A DNA stretch of 64,000 nt from positions 320,001 through 384,000 of the forward strand of contig CAVSPA010000007.1 of NCBI GenBank assembly GCA_963729715.1. The letters run 5' to 3'. Below are positions 40,215 through 50,172 of the stretch, in pieces; within the stretch, counting starts at the first letter, position 1, and every line of letters starts with the position of its first letter. The stretch is from an uncultured delta proteobacterium. Lineage in GTDB: Bacteria > Desulfobacterota > Syntrophia > Syntrophales > UBA2185. Position numbers and translations under genes: made by a program. The notes under the pieces were generated by a model, which ran no database searches, was not told the origin of the DNA, and saw only the letters and a list, made by a program, of their open reading frames with translations.

Positions 40215-41165
40215 ATGAAAGTCGCGCAGGAAAATCACCGTGACAAATTGTTAATGATCCCGATCGTAGAGGCAAAAAATCTGACCAAGATATTTGGTGA
40301 CCTCATAGCTGTCGATAATATTTCTTTCAAGGTATATCCGGGAGAATGTTTCGGGATGCTGGGACCCAATGGGGCCGGAAAAACTTCAACCATCCGGATG
40401 ATCTATGGCCTCTCGCCGATGACGAGCGGCGCCCTCGAAGTCTTCGGTCTTGATGTCATAAAAAATACGCGTGCCATAAAGTCCAGACTCGGCGTGTGTC
40501 ACCAGGAAAATAATTTGGATCCCGACCTTACGGTAAAACAGAATTTAGAGGTTTTTTGCCGATATTTCAATATGTCACCCGCGGTAGCAAAGGTGCAGGC
40601 CGAGAACCTTCTTAAGTTTATGGCCCTCGATCACCGCAAAGACGCCAGGATTACGGAACTGTCGGGAGGCATGATGCGCCGTCTGGTTCTGGCAAGGGCA
40701 CTGCTGAACGCGCCTGAACTCTTGATTCTGGATGAACCGACGACGGGCCTGGACCCGCAGTCCCGGCATCAGGTGTGGGAGCGTTTAGGTGAGCTTAAGG
40801 CAAAGGGGCTCTCTGTTTTGCTTTCCACCCATAATATGGATGAAGCGTCCCGGCTTTGTGATCGCCTGATCATCATGGATCACGGAGGCATACTGGTAGA
40901 GGGAAAACCTCTTGAACTCATCAGGCAATATGTAGGCCACGATATCATAGAGGTGCTTGAGCCGAACCAAACGCTGCGGGCGTTTGTCCAATCCAGGAAT
41001 ATGGAACATGAGGATCTGGGCCATCGGCTGATCATAAATACCGGTGATGGAAATGCCCTGTTCCGTGAGATCAGCAACGAATATTGCAAGGAAGGATGCA
41101 TCATGCGCATGGCAACACTGGAAGACGTCTTCCTGAAACTAACAGGCAGGGAACTGAGAGAATGA
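40215..41165 (+). CDS. ABC exporter ATP-binding protein (NodI-like)
   Basis: GPNGAGKTS, LSGGM.RRL, LDEPTTGLDPQ.R, TLEDVFLKLTGRELRE. Confidence 0.9.
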   Translation: MKVAQENHRDKLLMIPIVEAKNLTKIFGDLIAVDNISFKVYPGECFGMLGPNGAGKTSTIRMIYGLSPMTSGALEVFGLDVIKNTRAIKSRLGVCHQENNLDPDLTVKQNLEVFCRYFNMSPAVAKVQAENLLKFMALDHRKDARITELSGGMMRRLVLARALLNAPELLILDEPTTGLDPQSRHQVWERLGELKAKGLSVLLSTHNMDEASRLCDRLIIMDHGGILVEGKPLELIRQYVGHDIIEVLEPNQTLRAFVQSRNMEHEDLGHRLIINTGDGNALFREISNEYCKEGCIMRMATLEDVFLKLTGRELRE

Positions 41166-41953
41166 GGAAAGTCTTACTGCTCCATCTATCCATGCGCTTC
41201 TTGCGGGTCTGGGAGAGAAATCTGCTTGTCTACAGACAGAACTGGAAGATCAGTTTCATTCCACCCTTGCTCGAACCTTTCTTCTATCTGGTTGCTTTCG
41301 GGGTGGGCCTGAGCGCGCTCGTCGGCGATGTTAATTACCAGGGCTCAGAAATATCGTACATGCTTTTCATTGCACCGGCCCTCCTTGCCATCAATATTAT
41401 GAACAACGCCTTCTTTGAAAACACCTATGCCTCCTTTGTACGCATGTATTATCAAAAAACATTTGATGCCATGATGGCGACGCCGCTTACCCTTGAAGAA
41501 ATTATCACCGGGGAAATAGTCTGGGGGGCCACCAAATCTGTTATTGCGACATCAATCATGCTCGCGGTTATCAGTTTGTTCGGCCTCATCCGTTACCCCG
41601 AAGGCCTCCTGATTATCCCGCTCTCCGTTATCGGGGGCATTGCCTTTGGTTCAATCGGAATGATCTTTACGGCGATTGTTGCCAACATAGAGCTGTTCAA
41701 CCTGCCCGTATTTCTGTTCATCACCCCCATGTTTCTTTTCAGTGGAACTTTTTTCCCCATAGAGAATCTGCCCGGATGGGCTCAGTACATTGCCATGTTC
41801 CTGCCCCTCACGCACATGGTGAATCTTACCAGGTCTCTCAGTCTCGGCATAGTTAATATGTCGCTGCTGCCGGGGTTCTGCTATTTTGTGATTTCCTGCA
41901 TTGTTTTTTTTCCGCTCGCAATCCGCAAAATGCACCGGCGCTTGATCAAATAA
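41162..41953 (+). CDS. ABC-2 permease (NodJ-like)
   Basis: RVW.RN, EP..YL, PMFLFSGTFFP, PLTH. Confidence 0.9.
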   Translation: MRKVLLLHLSMRFLRVWERNLLVYRQNWKISFIPPLLEPFFYLVAFGVGLSALVGDVNYQGSEISYMLFIAPALLAINIMNNAFFENTYASFVRMYYQKTFDAMMATPLTLEEIITGEIVWGATKSVIATSIMLAVISLFGLIRYPEGLLIIPLSVIGGIAFGSIGMIFTAIVANIELFNLPVFLFITPMFLFSGTFFPIENLPGWAQYIAMFLPLTHMVNLTRSLSLGIVNMSLLPGFCYFVISCIVFFPLAIRKMHRRLIK

Positions 41954-41977
41954 TATGCAGCAATAGGATTTTAAGGC

Positions 41978-43282
41978 TTAGTGTGCAGACTCGATATACT
42001 CGACGGTCTTTTCCGCAAGTGTCTTCATCACGTATTCAAATTTGTCTGCATCTCTGTCGAGCAAGGTCATCCTGAAACCAGGTACAGAGGTAAAGAAAGA
42101 AGTGAGTGGAACGACGCAAATCCCCGTGGAGCCTAAGAGGTAATAAACAAAACGTTTGTCAAACTCTATTCTTTCAGACACCAGTTTCTCAACGTATTGC
42201 CTGATCTCCGGTTGCTTGATAGGCAGTTTCTGCCTGTCATTGAGCGAGGCCTCGTTAAAAACCACCGACATATAGAAGGCGCCGTTGCTCCGGTTCACGA
42301 TAAGATAGGGAACATCCTTGAGACTGTTATAGGCTATGTTGGAGAGTTTTTCGTAGTGGCGGATACGTGAGTCCAGGTATTTCTTATACTCCGGATGAGT
42401 AACTATTTTCGGGATCGCCATCTGTGGCAGTGTGGTCGAACAAACCTCGGACATCTTCTGATTTACTATCGTGTTGAAGTACCTTTCGAATTTTTCGTCC
42501 TTGTGTACATTGTACACCTCCATCCAGCCGCACCGCGAACCCGGCCAAGGGAATTCCTTGGAGATGCCCTTCATGCTGATGGCGGGCACGTCTTCGATAA
42601 TTTCGGATAGGCTTACCGTTGATTTTCCGTTGTACACAATGTTGATGTATGTTTCGTCGAAAATAAGAAAGAGGTCATATTCCCTGGCAATCTTCACGAT
42701 CTGCTGCAGCGCTTCAGGAGAATGAACAAAGCCCGTGGGATTATCCGGATTTATGACGAGAATTCCGACGATCGATTTATAGCTTCTCACCTTCTGCTCG
42801 AGTTCGCGGATGTCCGGAGCCCAGTCCCGATAGGGGTTCATACGGTATGTGTTGGGCGGGAATGAGGCATGGAGCACTTCCGCCAGCAGGTGTGTAGAAT
42901 AAGTGGGTTCAGGCATGATGATCCTCGCATCAACCCTTATGGCGCTGTATGCGCGGGCAATTGCATCACCCAGTCCGTTGAAAAAAATTATATCTTCAGG
43001 TGTTATCTGCGCGTGGCCCATCTTGTTTACCCGATCCGCGAGGAATTCACGGGTCGAGTCAACACCCTTGGTAGGACAATAACCGTAAGAAAGGTCATCT
43101 CTGAGAATTTCAATAAGAACTTCTTTCATCCAATCGGGTATCTTTTCACCTTTATGAATGGGGTCGCCGATATTCTCCCAGGTTACCTCAATGCCGTATT
43201 CTTTCAGTTTATTGGCCACGATGACAATCTGCCTTATTTCATAAACCAAGCCACTGCCGTCTTTAGCAATATCAAACCTCAT
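41978..43282 (-). CDS. PLP-dependent class I/II aminotransferase (AlaA-like)
   Basis: NIGDP, INPDNPTG, DETY, GISKE.PWPG.RCGW. Confidence 0.88.
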   Translation of the reverse strand: MRFDIAKDGSGLVYEIRQIVIVANKLKEYGIEVTWENIGDPIHKGEKIPDWMKEVLIEILRDDLSYGYCPTKGVDSTREFLADRVNKMGHAQITPEDIIFFNGLGDAIARAYSAIRVDARIIMPEPTYSTHLLAEVLHASFPPNTYRMNPYRDWAPDIRELEQKVRSYKSIVGILVINPDNPTGFVHSPEALQQIVKIAREYDLFLIFDETYINIVYNGKSTVSLSEIIEDVPAISMKGISKEFPWPGSRCGWMEVYNVHKDEKFERYFNTIVNQKMSEVCSTTLPQMAIPKIVTHPEYKKYLDSRIRHYEKLSNIAYNSLKDVPYLIVNRSNGAFYMSVVFNEASLNDRQKLPIKQPEIRQYVEKLVSERIEFDKRFVYYLLGSTGICVVPLTSFFTSVPGFRMTLLDRDADKFEYVMKTLAEKTVEYIESAH

Positions 43283-43293
43283 AAACACCTCAA

Positions 43294-43410
43294 TTGAAGC
43301 TCTCCGCAGCGAACTGCGGAGAATCTTCGATCCTTAAGGAATAATAATATTCCCTATTCGCTTGCTTACCACGCAGCAAGCTACGGTGAATGCGCTCGCT
43401 GGCGGATTCA
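43294..43410 (-). mobile_element. Dispersed double-hairpin repeat, copy 4 (PATE-like)
   Basis: TTGAAGCTCTCCGCAGCGAACTGCGGAGAATCTTCGATCCTTAAGGAA...GCGCTCGCTGGCGGATTCA. Confidence 0.75.
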
Positions 43411-43492
43411 TTTCAAAAGATTCTAAATTTTATCATATTATAATTAATATAAAATTTCCAATGTTTTTTGACGTTAAGACTTTTCAAATTTA

Positions 43493-44779
43493 TCATTCAA
43501 GCTCTGAGATGATGCCCATCTTGAGGTAAATGGGAAGAACATTTTTTCTTATGTGCGGGAGCTTCAGGGCAAAAAGGAGCGATCCGATTATGCAGGCTAA
43601 TCCGCTCAAGATGAGGGTGGCAGGGGCGCCGATCCAAGACGCCAGTGCACCTGAAAAGAGGTTGCCAATCGGCGCCATGCCCATAAGGGCCGTCGCATAT
43701 ATGCTCATCACGCGACCCCGCTTGTCCTCTTCCACGATGCTCTGCAGGATCGTGTTGGAGGACGCCAGCTGAACTATCATGCCAAATCCGACAACGAACA
43801 TCATGCTCAGGGAAAAGGCGAGGACCGTTGAAAGGGAAAAGGCGATAACGCCGGCGCCGAAAATGGCGGAGGCAATTGCAATGAGTCTTCCCAGCCCCAG
43901 GATTGTCTGCCGCGAGGCAAGATAAACAGCACCTGTAATGGCTCCGATACCGTTTGCCGCCATCAGAAACCCGAGGGTGTGAGGCCCGCCGTGGAGAACA
44001 TCTTTCGCGAAAATGGGCATAAGGACGGCGTATGTCATGCCCATGAAACTCATCAATCCAAGCTGAAGAAGGATGTAACGGATCGGTGCAAATCCAAAGG
44101 CATAGGAATAACCCTCTTTCAAATCATGCCACAGACGGGGGGCGTGCACCTCCTTATTTCTCTTCGGGACCTTTATCGCAAGTAAAGCGATGATGATGCC
44201 GATGAAGCTCAGCCCATTGATGAGAAAGCAGACACCTTCTCCGAGAAGACCGATCAGTATGCCTGCGACCGCCGGCCCCACGAGCCTTGCACCATTGAAC
44301 ATGAAAGAATTGAGGGCAATCGCGTTCCCAAGGTCATCCGGCTTTTCTATCATTTCCACGATAAAGGACTGACGGGTGGGCATGTCAAACGCATTGATCA
44401 CACCGAGACATATACCCAAAGCGATGATCTGCCAGACATGCACGACTCCGGTCATGGTAAGAACTGCAAGGGTCAGGGCCTGGATCATGGAAAGGGCTTG
44501 CGTGACGACCAGTATGCGATGGCGATTCCATCGGTCCGCATAGACGCCGGCAATAGACGCGAAGAGGAAGATGGGGATCTGGCTGGAAAAACTGACCACG
44601 CCGAGGAGAAATGCCGAATTAGTAAGACGGTAGACGAGCCAACTCATGGCGATCTGCTGCATCCACGTCCCGATGAGAGAAACGCTCTGACCGCCGAAGA
44701 AGAGACGGTAATTCCTGTGGTGTAACGCCCTGAGAATGAATTTAACGCTGATCTCTTTCTCTGGTCCCGACGCCTTCAT
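43493..44779 (-). CDS. MFS transporter (DHA3/H+ antiporter-like)
   Basis: NYRLFF.GQ.VS..GTWMQ, G..ADR..R, RGRVMS; about 12 TM segments. Confidence 0.9.
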   Translation of the reverse strand: MKASGPEKEISVKFILRALHHRNYRLFFGGQSVSLIGTWMQQIAMSWLVYRLTNSAFLLGVVSFSSQIPIFLFASIAGVYADRWNRHRILVVTQALSMIQALTLAVLTMTGVVHVWQIIALGICLGVINAFDMPTRQSFIVEMIEKPDDLGNAIALNSFMFNGARLVGPAVAGILIGLLGEGVCFLINGLSFIGIIIALLAIKVPKRNKEVHAPRLWHDLKEGYSYAFGFAPIRYILLQLGLMSFMGMTYAVLMPIFAKDVLHGGPHTLGFLMAANGIGAITGAVYLASRQTILGLGRLIAIASAIFGAGVIAFSLSTVLAFSLSMMFVVGFGMIVQLASSNTILQSIVEEDKRGRVMSIYATALMGMAPIGNLFSGALASWIGAPATLILSGLACIIGSLLFALKLPHIRKNVLPIYLKMGIISELE

Positions 44780-44903
44780 ATCGCTCTACGTCACATCACT
44801 TCCGAAGTCTGATACAATCATCATATACTACTATTCCCTTATAAAAAACATATATGATGTGCTCCCCGTATCCGTATGAATAGGCATCCTGATCGTTGCG
44901 CAA

Positions 44904-45845
44904 TCAAAGACTGAACCTGACGGCAAGAAATATAATCGTCGCAAGAATCATAGTGACAAACATCAGGGCATTTGCCCTTACTATATCCTTCTTCCTCAGC
45001 TCTTTGACCGGATCTCCCAAGGTTGGTCTCAGAGATGGTTCCCCAAAGTAATAGTTCAGCCCGCCAAGTTGAACGGCGAGAGCGCCGGCCACAGCAGCCT
45101 CCGTGAGGCCTGAGTTCGGGCTCGGGTGTTTTTTCCCATCCCTCAACAGGATTCTGAGCGAATTCAAAGGACTCATCTGCAGGATGAGGGCGGCAACAGG
45201 AATCATCAAAGCCGTCAGTCTCGCGGGTATATAGTTGGCAACGTCATCGAGCTTTGCCGAGGCCCATCCGAATTTTCTGTAACGTTCGTTTTTGTAGCCG
45301 AAAGTGGAATCAAGCGTATTTACAGCCTTGTAAAGCATCGCGCCTGCAGGTCCGGCAAGGAAGGCAAAAAACAAGGGCGCCGTAACTCCATCCACAGTGT
45401 TCTCGGCAACACTTTCCACTGTTGCCCGAACGATGCCCGCCTCATCGAGGATGTCGGTGTCCCTGCCCACCAGCAGGGCAACCTTCTTCCTTGCCTCCTC
45501 AATGTTCCCCGCTTTCAACCCGCGATAGACATTAATACTATGCAGTGATAGGTCTCTGGCAGCAAACGTCGTATAGAGGAGGACAATGGAAACGATATCG
45601 GCGGCGAGAGGATGAAGCAGACCTGCACCAGCGACGGCCGCATATGTTGCCAAACCCGTAACCACGAGGACAATTAACACCGCCATCGAGCCTGCCGTGC
45701 GCGCCTTTGCAAATATCCGTCTCAGTGGTGTCTCGAGGAAAGAAGCGAAACGTCCTATCAGTTTCACGGGGTGGGGAAGCCAGGGCGGATCGCCGGCGAT
45801 GAAGTCCAGAAGTATGGCGGCAACAATCTGATATTCCAGTCTCAT
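44904..45845 (-). CDS. cbiB: Adenosylcobinamide-phosphate synthase CbiB
   Basis: GDP..PHPV, VGRDT, ESVAEN..DG, YKAVNTLDS..GY, SPNSG..EA. Confidence 0.95.
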   Translation of the reverse strand: MRLEYQIVAAILLDFIAGDPPWLPHPVKLIGRFASFLETPLRRIFAKARTAGSMAVLIVLVVTGLATYAAVAGAGLLHPLAADIVSIVLLYTTFAARDLSLHSINVYRGLKAGNIEEARKKVALLVGRDTDILDEAGIVRATVESVAENTVDGVTAPLFFAFLAGPAGAMLYKAVNTLDSTFGYKNERYRKFGWASAKLDDVANYIPARLTALMIPVAALILQMSPLNSLRILLRDGKKHPSPNSGLTEAAVAGALAVQLGGLNYYFGEPSLRPTLGDPVKELRKKDIVRANALMFVTMILATIIFLAVRFSL

Positions 45846-45909
45846 GTAAAAATTTCAGGCCGGGAGATTTGAATTTTGAAAAATATCTCTCAGTCCCCCT
45901 CCCGTTAGC

Positions 45910-46659
45910 TCAATACACGATGCCCATCAAAGCCAAAGCTGCGATGGGCGGAATAATCTCCGTAAGTTCACAACCGGCTCCCAGGGTATCACCCGTATAC
46001 CCGCCAATCGTACGAAAACAGTAAACAGAAAAAAGAGCTGCCATCAAAAGCGCAGAAAATCCTGCTGCGAGTCCCATCCAGTGTCCCGCAAGCCATCCTG
46101 CGGTAAGGAGAAACGCCGATGTCCAAAGGACGTTTAGCCATGACTTTCCACCCCCGAAGGCAGTCGCCAGGCCGCCTTCGCGTCTGACATAGGGAAGAGC
46201 CGTCATCATCAAAACAAAAGAGCACCGCCCCGCCAGAGGCATGAGGACAATGATCCCCGGACGTAAAGGCGGTAAGATGGATATCAGCAAGGACACTTTC
46301 AGCACAATTACAAAAACCACAGCGAGAACGCCCATGACGCCTGTCCGGCTGTCTCTCATGATTTCGAGGACCCGCTCACGCGGACGGGCGCTGAAAAAAC
46401 CATCCGCCGTATCCGCTAGGCCGTCCATGTGTAATCCCCCCGATATCACTGTCATGGCAATCACGGTCATCACGTTTGCCGGGAGTGGCGGGAGAATTAA
46501 GCCTATGACATGATCAAAAGCCGCTATGATAATGCCGATGAGCAAACCAACGACGGGGAAGAACGGCATGCATCTCGCGAGTTCCTTTTCTCCACCTGTG
46601 AAACTCTTTGGAAATGGGATGACTGTCAAGAACTGGATGGCTGCCAGAAGAGGTCTCAT
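45910..46659 (-). CDS. cobS: Adenosylcobinamide-GDP ribazoletransferase
   Basis: FLT.IP, GGLH.DGLADTADG, IMRDSR.G, GGYTGDTLGA..E. Confidence 0.95.
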   Translation of the reverse strand: MRPLLAAIQFLTVIPFPKSFTGGEKELARCMPFFPVVGLLIGIIIAAFDHVIGLILPPLPANVMTVIAMTVISGGLHMDGLADTADGFFSARPRERVLEIMRDSRTGVMGVLAVVFVIVLKVSLLISILPPLRPGIIVLMPLAGRCSFVLMMTALPYVRREGGLATAFGGGKSWLNVLWTSAFLLTAGWLAGHWMGLAAGFSALLMAALFSVYCFRTIGGYTGDTLGAGCELTEIIPPIAALALMGIVY

Positions 46660-47720
46660 TTGTCCGCCTTGGATACTGCCGCTTCCTCAAAAGTGGCCAC
46701 TTCCGTAAGAATCCGGACGGCGGCCTCTACAAGATTCATGGATAAGGCCGCGCCTGTTCCTTCGCCGAGCCTCATATCGAGATCCAGAAGTGGTTTTTTC
46801 CCCAGGCAGTCGAGTGCTATCTGATGCCCCCTTTCCATGCTGCGATGGGAGGCGATCATGTAATCCCGGGAAGCGGGAGCCAACCGCGCGGCTATGAGTG
46901 CGCCGGCAGTGGAGATGAATCCATCCACGAGCACTGGCTTTCTCATGTAGGCAGCGCCCAAAATTAAGCCGGCGATACCGCCGATCTCAAATCCCCCGAC
47001 CTTTGCGAGGACATCAAGGACGTCGTTTGGGTCGGGCCTGTTCATCTCCAGGGCCTGTTCGATCATTGTATTCTTATGCACAAGCTGTACATCATCAATG
47101 CCTGTACCGCGGCCCACAATCTCGGCAAGCGGTGAACCGCTGAATACGGCAATGACAGCGGCGCTCGGTGAAGTGTTGCCGATCCCCATATCGCCTGTAC
47201 CGAAGATATCTGTCGACGGCCCCAGTTCCAGGGCCACCTCAATTCCTCCTTCCAGGGAGCGAACGGCCTCATTCCGGGACATGGCCGGTCCGGTGGCCAT
47301 ATTCCTTGTTCCCGCCCCCGTCCGCTTGGAAATGATCTTCCCCGCTTTCACGAGCTCACCCAAGTCACCTGCCACACCCATATCGACGATCACCACCTGT
47401 GCACCGACAAGCTTTGCCAGGGCATTGATGCCTGCGCCGCCCTGTACAAAGTTATGGACCATCTGAACGGTTACTTCCTGCGGATATTTACTGACGCCCG
47501 CTGCAGCAATTCCATGATCACCTGCCATGGTAACTATAGTCTTGCGGCCCACAGGCGGCTTCAGGGAACCCGTCATACCCGCTAATTCTTCGGCCAGGTC
47601 CATCAATCGTCCCAACGCCCAGTACGGCATAGTGAGCTGTTCAAGCCTTTGCCTTGCTTGTGCACGGGCATCCGTGTCCTGGGGGATTATTTTATTAATC
47701 GTCGATTCCAATAAGTTCAT
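46656..47720 (-). CDS. cobT: Nicotinate-nucleotide--DMB phosphoribosyltransferase
   Basis: LG.L, AGDHG, GDMGIGNT, GRGTG, DGFI, LGEGTGA. Confidence 0.96.
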   Translation of the reverse strand: MNLLESTINKIIPQDTDARAQARQRLEQLTMPYWALGRLMDLAEELAGMTGSLKPPVGRKTIVTMAGDHGIAAAGVSKYPQEVTVQMVHNFVQGGAGINALAKLVGAQVVIVDMGVAGDLGELVKAGKIISKRTGAGTRNMATGPAMSRNEAVRSLEGGIEVALELGPSTDIFGTGDMGIGNTSPSAAVIAVFSGSPLAEIVGRGTGIDDVQLVHKNTMIEQALEMNRPDPNDVLDVLAKVGGFEIGGIAGLILGAAYMRKPVLVDGFISTAGALIAARLAPASRDYMIASHRSMERGHQIALDCLGKKPLLDLDMRLGEGTGAALSMNLVEAAVRILTEVATFEEAAVSKADK

Positions 47721-48268
47721 AATATTTTCTCTCCTTTAATATAGAGGGGAATGCCGCTTATCATGAAGATGAACACATCCGCGTGATCCGCCATGATCTG
47801 ATTGCACCGCCCTGCCAGGTCCCGGAACAGCCGGGAGACGGGATTCTCTGGCACTATGCCCATCCCTACTTCATTGGTTACAAGAATAACCGTGCCGGGA
47901 AGGTCGTTACAGACTCCCACGATATCCTCACACCTTGCACTAATCACCTCTTCATCAAGACATCTCTTTTCCTGCTCTGCTTCATACATGAGATTGTTGA
48001 TCCACAAGGTGAGGCAGTCAACGAGCGTCACATGGCTCCCCCTTGATCTGCGGAGGGCCCCCGCGAGATCCGTCAACTCTTCGAGAGTCTGCCAGGACGC
48101 TTGTTTGCGGTCTTCCTTGTGCTTCCGTATGCGGTCTTCCATCTCCTTATCGATGACCGGACAAGTTGCAATATACGTTCGGGCGCCGGAGATCGACTCC
48201 GCAATACGTTGGCCGTAGGCGCTCTTGCCGCTCCTGCTCCCCCCTGTAATGAAAATGATCTTAGCCAT
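47717..48268 (-). CDS. cobU: Adenosylcobinamide kinase / guanylyltransferase
   Basis: TGGSRSGKS, RI.KH...R, DCLTLW, NEVG.G.VP, FRD..G..NQ. Confidence 0.95.
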   Translation of the reverse strand: MAKIIFITGGSRSGKSAYGQRIAESISGARTYIATCPVIDKEMEDRIRKHKEDRKQASWQTLEELTDLAGALRRSRGSHVTLVDCLTLWINNLMYEAEQEKRCLDEEVISARCEDIVGVCNDLPGTVILVTNEVGMGIVPENPVSRLFRDLAGRCNQIMADHADVFIFMISGIPLYIKGEKIL

Positions 48269-48887
48269 CCGATGCGACCTCTTGCTCCACCCGTCCTGTT
48301 TCATTCAGCCCCGCGAGGACACCTGACCGGTTAAACAGTTCGATAGTTGTGAGGGAGGCATGCTTCACCTTAAAGAGTATATAGTGCCAGGGCTGAAGCC
48401 CCAGAAAATGGCAGATGAGGAGACGGATGACGCCTCCATGCGTACATACGAGAATGGTGTCGGCCGCGTTTGTCACCAGACGCTCGGCAACGCCCACGAT
48501 TCTTTCCTGAAAATCTCCGATTTTGTCCCCGCCCGGAAAAGAAAACTCGGCGTTGAACTCAGCCCATTTATTGATCTCCCCGGGAAAGGTCTTCTGGATT
48601 TCCCCGAAGGCCATGCCTTCCCATCGACCGAAATCTACTTCTCTCAGATCGGGATCGACGGCAAAGTCCATGTCAGCACTTTCCATAACAGCAGCTGCCG
48701 TTTCTCTGCAGCGCGCCATGGGACTCGAGATACACCGGCTGGGCATTTCTTTGTCGAGCAGCGCCCGGACGGCCCTGACCTGCCGATGCCCCAGGGCGCT
48801 CATGGATACATCCGTTCTCCCTATATACCGGTCTTGATACTGCTTGCCTATATCTCCGTGTCTCACGAGCAATAATTTTCGTGCCAT
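48261..48887 (-). CDS. cobC: Histidine phosphatase, probable alpha-ribazole phosphatase
   Basis: LVRHG, SSP..RC..TA, E.DFG.WEG, THGG; first gene of the cob operon. Confidence 0.85.
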   Translation of the reverse strand: MARKLLLVRHGDIGKQYQDRYIGRTDVSMSALGHRQVRAVRALLDKEMPSRCISSPMARCRETAAAVMESADMDFAVDPDLREVDFGRWEGMAFGEIQKTFPGEINKWAEFNAEFSFPGGDKIGDFQERIVGVAERLVTNAADTILVCTHGGVIRLLICHFLGLQPWHYILFKVKHASLTTIELFNRSGVLAGLNETGRVEQEVASDG

Positions 48888-48999
48888 AAAAATAATAAAA
48901 AATCCACGAACCATTTTATTGATCCGTGGATGCCGTTTTCCATCTACGGTGAATTCAGCTTTGCCTGTACCGCGCACAGGCCAAAACTACGTTTGCTCT

Positions 49000-49152
49000 G
49001 CAGGCAGGTCTTCTGACTTCCGGCTCTTTCTACTCGCCGCGCCTTCCCATCCTTGGAGGAAAGTGGCCCATACGGTTTTCGTCCCCGGTTACAGCGGCGG
49101 GTCCGTGGCGGATTTTCACCGCCTTCCCTAACGCCCTTGCGGGTTACCTATG
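49000..49152 (-). promoter_or_regulatory. Cobalamin riboswitch
   Basis: Minus strand: AGGGAAGGCGGTGAAAATCCGCCACGGACCCGCCGCTGT...GCCACT...GGGAAGG...AGTCAGAAGACCTGCC (B12 box). Confidence 0.95.
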
Positions 49153-49271
49153 TTGGACTTATGCGTAACACACGCATGCGAAGTTTGTCAAGGGAATCAA
49201 TCCCACGAGTCTTACTCAATGCAAAGGGCAAAGGTCCGGCTGCTTTTTTATTTCGGACGGCTTCCCTGTCC

Positions 49272-50039
49272 TCATTTTGACACGGCGATCATCGGTCTGT
49301 TGACCCTTCCCCACTGATCCATAAACTCATCATAGTCAATTGATATTTCACGTCCATGGCCGGGATCAGCAAGCACGACTGCCTTATATATATCGTCATA
49401 CCCTATTATCACCGCCATGTGCAGCGTACCTTCCCATTTCCCAGGTGCAATACGTCCACACATTACGGGAATGCCTTTATCAATATAGCTTTTTACGGCT
49501 TCGAGATCGCCCTCTTCACGGTAATCAACATTAAGTCCCGCCCTGCTCATGAAGCGTGCGACCGTTCTTGTATCGAGTCCTTCCCCTTCCCTGACGGTGC
49601 TTCTCCGCCGCGCATTTAAATTCTTATAAATCGCATCCTGATCAAGATCGAAGCCGTAGTACTTAAAAACCATTTCCATGCTGGCAAAGGCGCACCAATT
49701 GCGCTTCTGTAAAACCAGGGGAAAATTCGCCAATTTCTGTTGCGTTCTCGAAGTTATCCTGCGCGAATCTTCTTTCGGCTTCGTTCCTGGAGCAGCGACC
49801 TTTTCTCCGGGCATTTCCAGTCTCACGCCAGGGACTTCCTCCCTTGGCATTGCATCTTCCACCTTCAGCTGTTTAGTTTCGTTGACAATTTCCGGTTGAT
49901 CATCCGAGAAGTGCACCACTCCCTCTTCATCAACCCATCTGTACATCTCGGCAGAGCCGGCCGGCAATGATATACACAGAACCATAAGAATAATTATCGC
50001 AAGTTTGGATTTGACTCTTCTCTCAATTGCCGGCATCAC
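49272..50039 (-). CDS. Secreted DUF4124 + C39-like cysteine peptidase
   Basis: Signal peptide, YRWVDEEG.VHFSD, Q...WC...S..M, H...I.GYD, DP. Confidence 0.8.
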   Translation of the reverse strand: MMPAIERRVKSKLAIIILMVLCISLPAGSAEMYRWVDEEGVVHFSDDQPEIVNETKQLKVEDAMPREEVPGVRLEMPGEKVAAPGTKPKEDSRRITSRTQQKLANFPLVLQKRNWCAFASMEMVFKYYGFDLDQDAIYKNLNARRRSTVREGEGLDTRTVARFMSRAGLNVDYREEGDLEAVKSYIDKGIPVMCGRIAPGKWEGTLHMAVIIGYDDIYKAVVLADPGHGREISIDYDEFMDQWGRVNRPMIAVSK

Positions 50040-50172
50040 ACACAGACACCTCTTAACAATAATCGGCTCTTGTGATATTTTGCTTTAGCGCGTTAAATCA
50101 AGTAACATAAGATGAATGAGTTTGATTCGGAAATATTGACCAACACACCGGAGTACGGGAAGTTCCCTGAAC

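Noticed and set aside
41978..43282. CobD threonine-phosphate decarboxylase
   Set aside because: Length and motifs fit an AlaA-like aminotransferase, and an MFS gene and a repeat separate it from the cob operon
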